Shown here: piece by piece, positions 31,168-32,000 of the stretch | Layout: each line of letters opens with the position of its first letter | How positions within the stretch are numbered: position 1 is the stretch's first letter | Assembly (NCBI RefSeq): GCF_000007985.2 | Contig: NC_002939.5 | Location: 300,001-332,000 of the forward strand | DNA from: Geobacter sulfurreducens PCA | Lineage (GTDB): Bacteria > Desulfobacterota > Desulfuromonadia > Geobacterales > Geobacteraceae | Length of the DNA: 32,000 nucleotides | Reading direction: 5' to 3' | The notes under the pieces: generated by a model | What the model saw: the letters and a program-made list of their open reading frames with translations, nothing else | The model's database searches: none | What the model was told of the DNA's origin: nothing | Position numbers and translations under genes: made by a program

Positions 31168-32000
31168 ATGCCCCATCGCCTCCACCTGGAACAGTTCGGC
31201 CCCGTCCATGCCCTCCCCGTTCTCCACTATCGCCTGGAGTTCGCACATCTCGTCCGCGAGGCAGTGCGCCGCGTCAAGCCCGACTGCATCGCCATCGAGT
31301 TGCCGTCCACGATCGAGGCGCCGTTCCTGCGGGCAGTGGAGCGCCTGCCCGAGATATCGGTCATCCACTACGAAGGTCGGCAGCGCCGCGATGGCGCCGA
31401 ATCGGTCTACCTCCTGGTGGAACCGGCCGATCCCCTGGTCGAAGGGGCGAGACTGGCCCTGGAGCGGCGGATTCCCCTGCGGCTCGTGGATGTGGACACC
31501 GACTCCTATCCCCGCCATGTGGAAGCGCTTCCCGACTCCTACGCCATTCACCGGATTGGCCTCACCCCCTACTATGAGGAGTACCGGCGTGCGGCCGCCT
31601 CTGTGGCGCCGGGCCGGGAGGATCGGCGGCGCGAGCGGGGAATGGCCTGGCGGCTCCAGGAACTGGCAAAAGAGCATGGCAGCATTCTCTTTGTCTGTGG
31701 CATGTACCATCTGGAGCGGATCAAGGACGATTTCGGGCGGCCCCAGGCCGCTCCCCTGGAGAGGGTGCGGCGCCAGGGGGTGAGGCTGTTCAATCTGCAT
31801 CCCGACTCCTGCCGGGAGATCCTCGACGAGTTTCCCTTTATTTCGGCGGTCCATGAACTGCGTCGTGGTCCTCTGCCGCCTGAACCCGACGATCGCGGCG
31901 AGACGCTCCGCAAGCGATTCAGTGCGTTCGAGCTAATTGTCGGCGGGAGGAAGGACCTCCCGGCGGAGGAGCTTTTGCGCCATGCGGTAGAGCGGGGTGC
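31168..32000 (+). CDS. Hypothetical protein, 5' complete, 3' end runs off the window
   Basis: Not in the ORF track because there is no in-window stop. ATG 31168 (AAGGA about 12 nt upstream) opens a frame that I translated without a stop to 32000: MPHRLHLEQFGPVHALPVLHYRLEFAHLVREAVRRVKPDCIAIELPSTIEAPFLRAVERLPE... The N-terminal logic loosely recalls TraB/GumN/DUF5682-type proteins, but this is unverified. Confidence 0.55.
   Translation, partial: MPHRLHLEQFGPVHALPVLHYRLEFAHLVREAVRRVKPDCIAIELPSTIEAPFLRAVERLPEISVIHYEGRQRRDGAESVYLLVEPADPLVEGARLALERRIPLRLVDVDTDSYPRHVEALPDSYAIHRIGLTPYYEEYRRAAASVAPGREDRRRERGMAWRLQELAKEHGSILFVCGMYHLERIKDDFGRPQAAPLERVRRQGVRLFNLHPDSCREILDEFPFISAVHELRRGPLPPEPDDRGETLRKRFSAFELIVGGRKDLPAEELLRHAVERG

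Noticed and set aside
30290-31913. Minus-strand ORFs 30381..31169 (262 aa), 30991..31854 (287 aa), 31572..31913, and plus-strand 31145..31783.
   Set aside because: They overlap the SLT-domain gene and the open plus-strand frame from 31168. Their compositions (Gly/Arg/Pro/His-rich or Ser/Pro/Trp/Arg-rich) are typical of off-frame high-GC artefacts.

Overview
High-GC (about 60%) chromosomal segment whose gene content looks like Geobacter/Desulfuromonadota; this placement is an inference, no search was run. The window falls into four blocks. (1) 1-7681 (-) holds the first ~2560 codons of a giant surface protein. It is missing from the supplied ORF track because it has no in-window stop. It has an N-terminal TM anchor, 5 cadherin-like modules (three are near-identical 306-bp tandem copies) and at least 13 Calx-beta modules. 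Upstream on the same strand lie a 7TM-PAS histidine kinase with an apparent 1-nt frameshift and a REC-AAA+-HTH regulator whose sigma54-contact and ATPase motifs are degenerate. (2) tRNA-Ala(CGC), a soluble GAF-GAF histidine kinase, dksA and radA. (3) A HEAT-repeat protein / HD-GYP phosphodiesterase / HEAT-repeat protein cluster, a small membrane protein, fabH and a CheR-like methyltransferase. (4) A cheW-cheA-cheR-HDOD-cheB operon behind a good sigma28-type promoter. It is divergent from a canonical sigma54-dependent response regulator that is split by a 1240-bp IS4-family element (19-bp IRs, 9-bp target duplication). A signal-less lytic transglycosylase and a partial unknown ORF follow. Most long track ORFs on the strand opposite these genes are GC-driven antisense artefacts. 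I saw no CRISPR array, rRNA, prophage or recognisable defence cassette. The most unusual candidates are the kinase / pseudo-EBP / giant adhesin module and the HEAT / HD-GYP / HEAT cluster. The IS-split regulator probably corresponds to a situation already published for Geobacter sulfurreducens.
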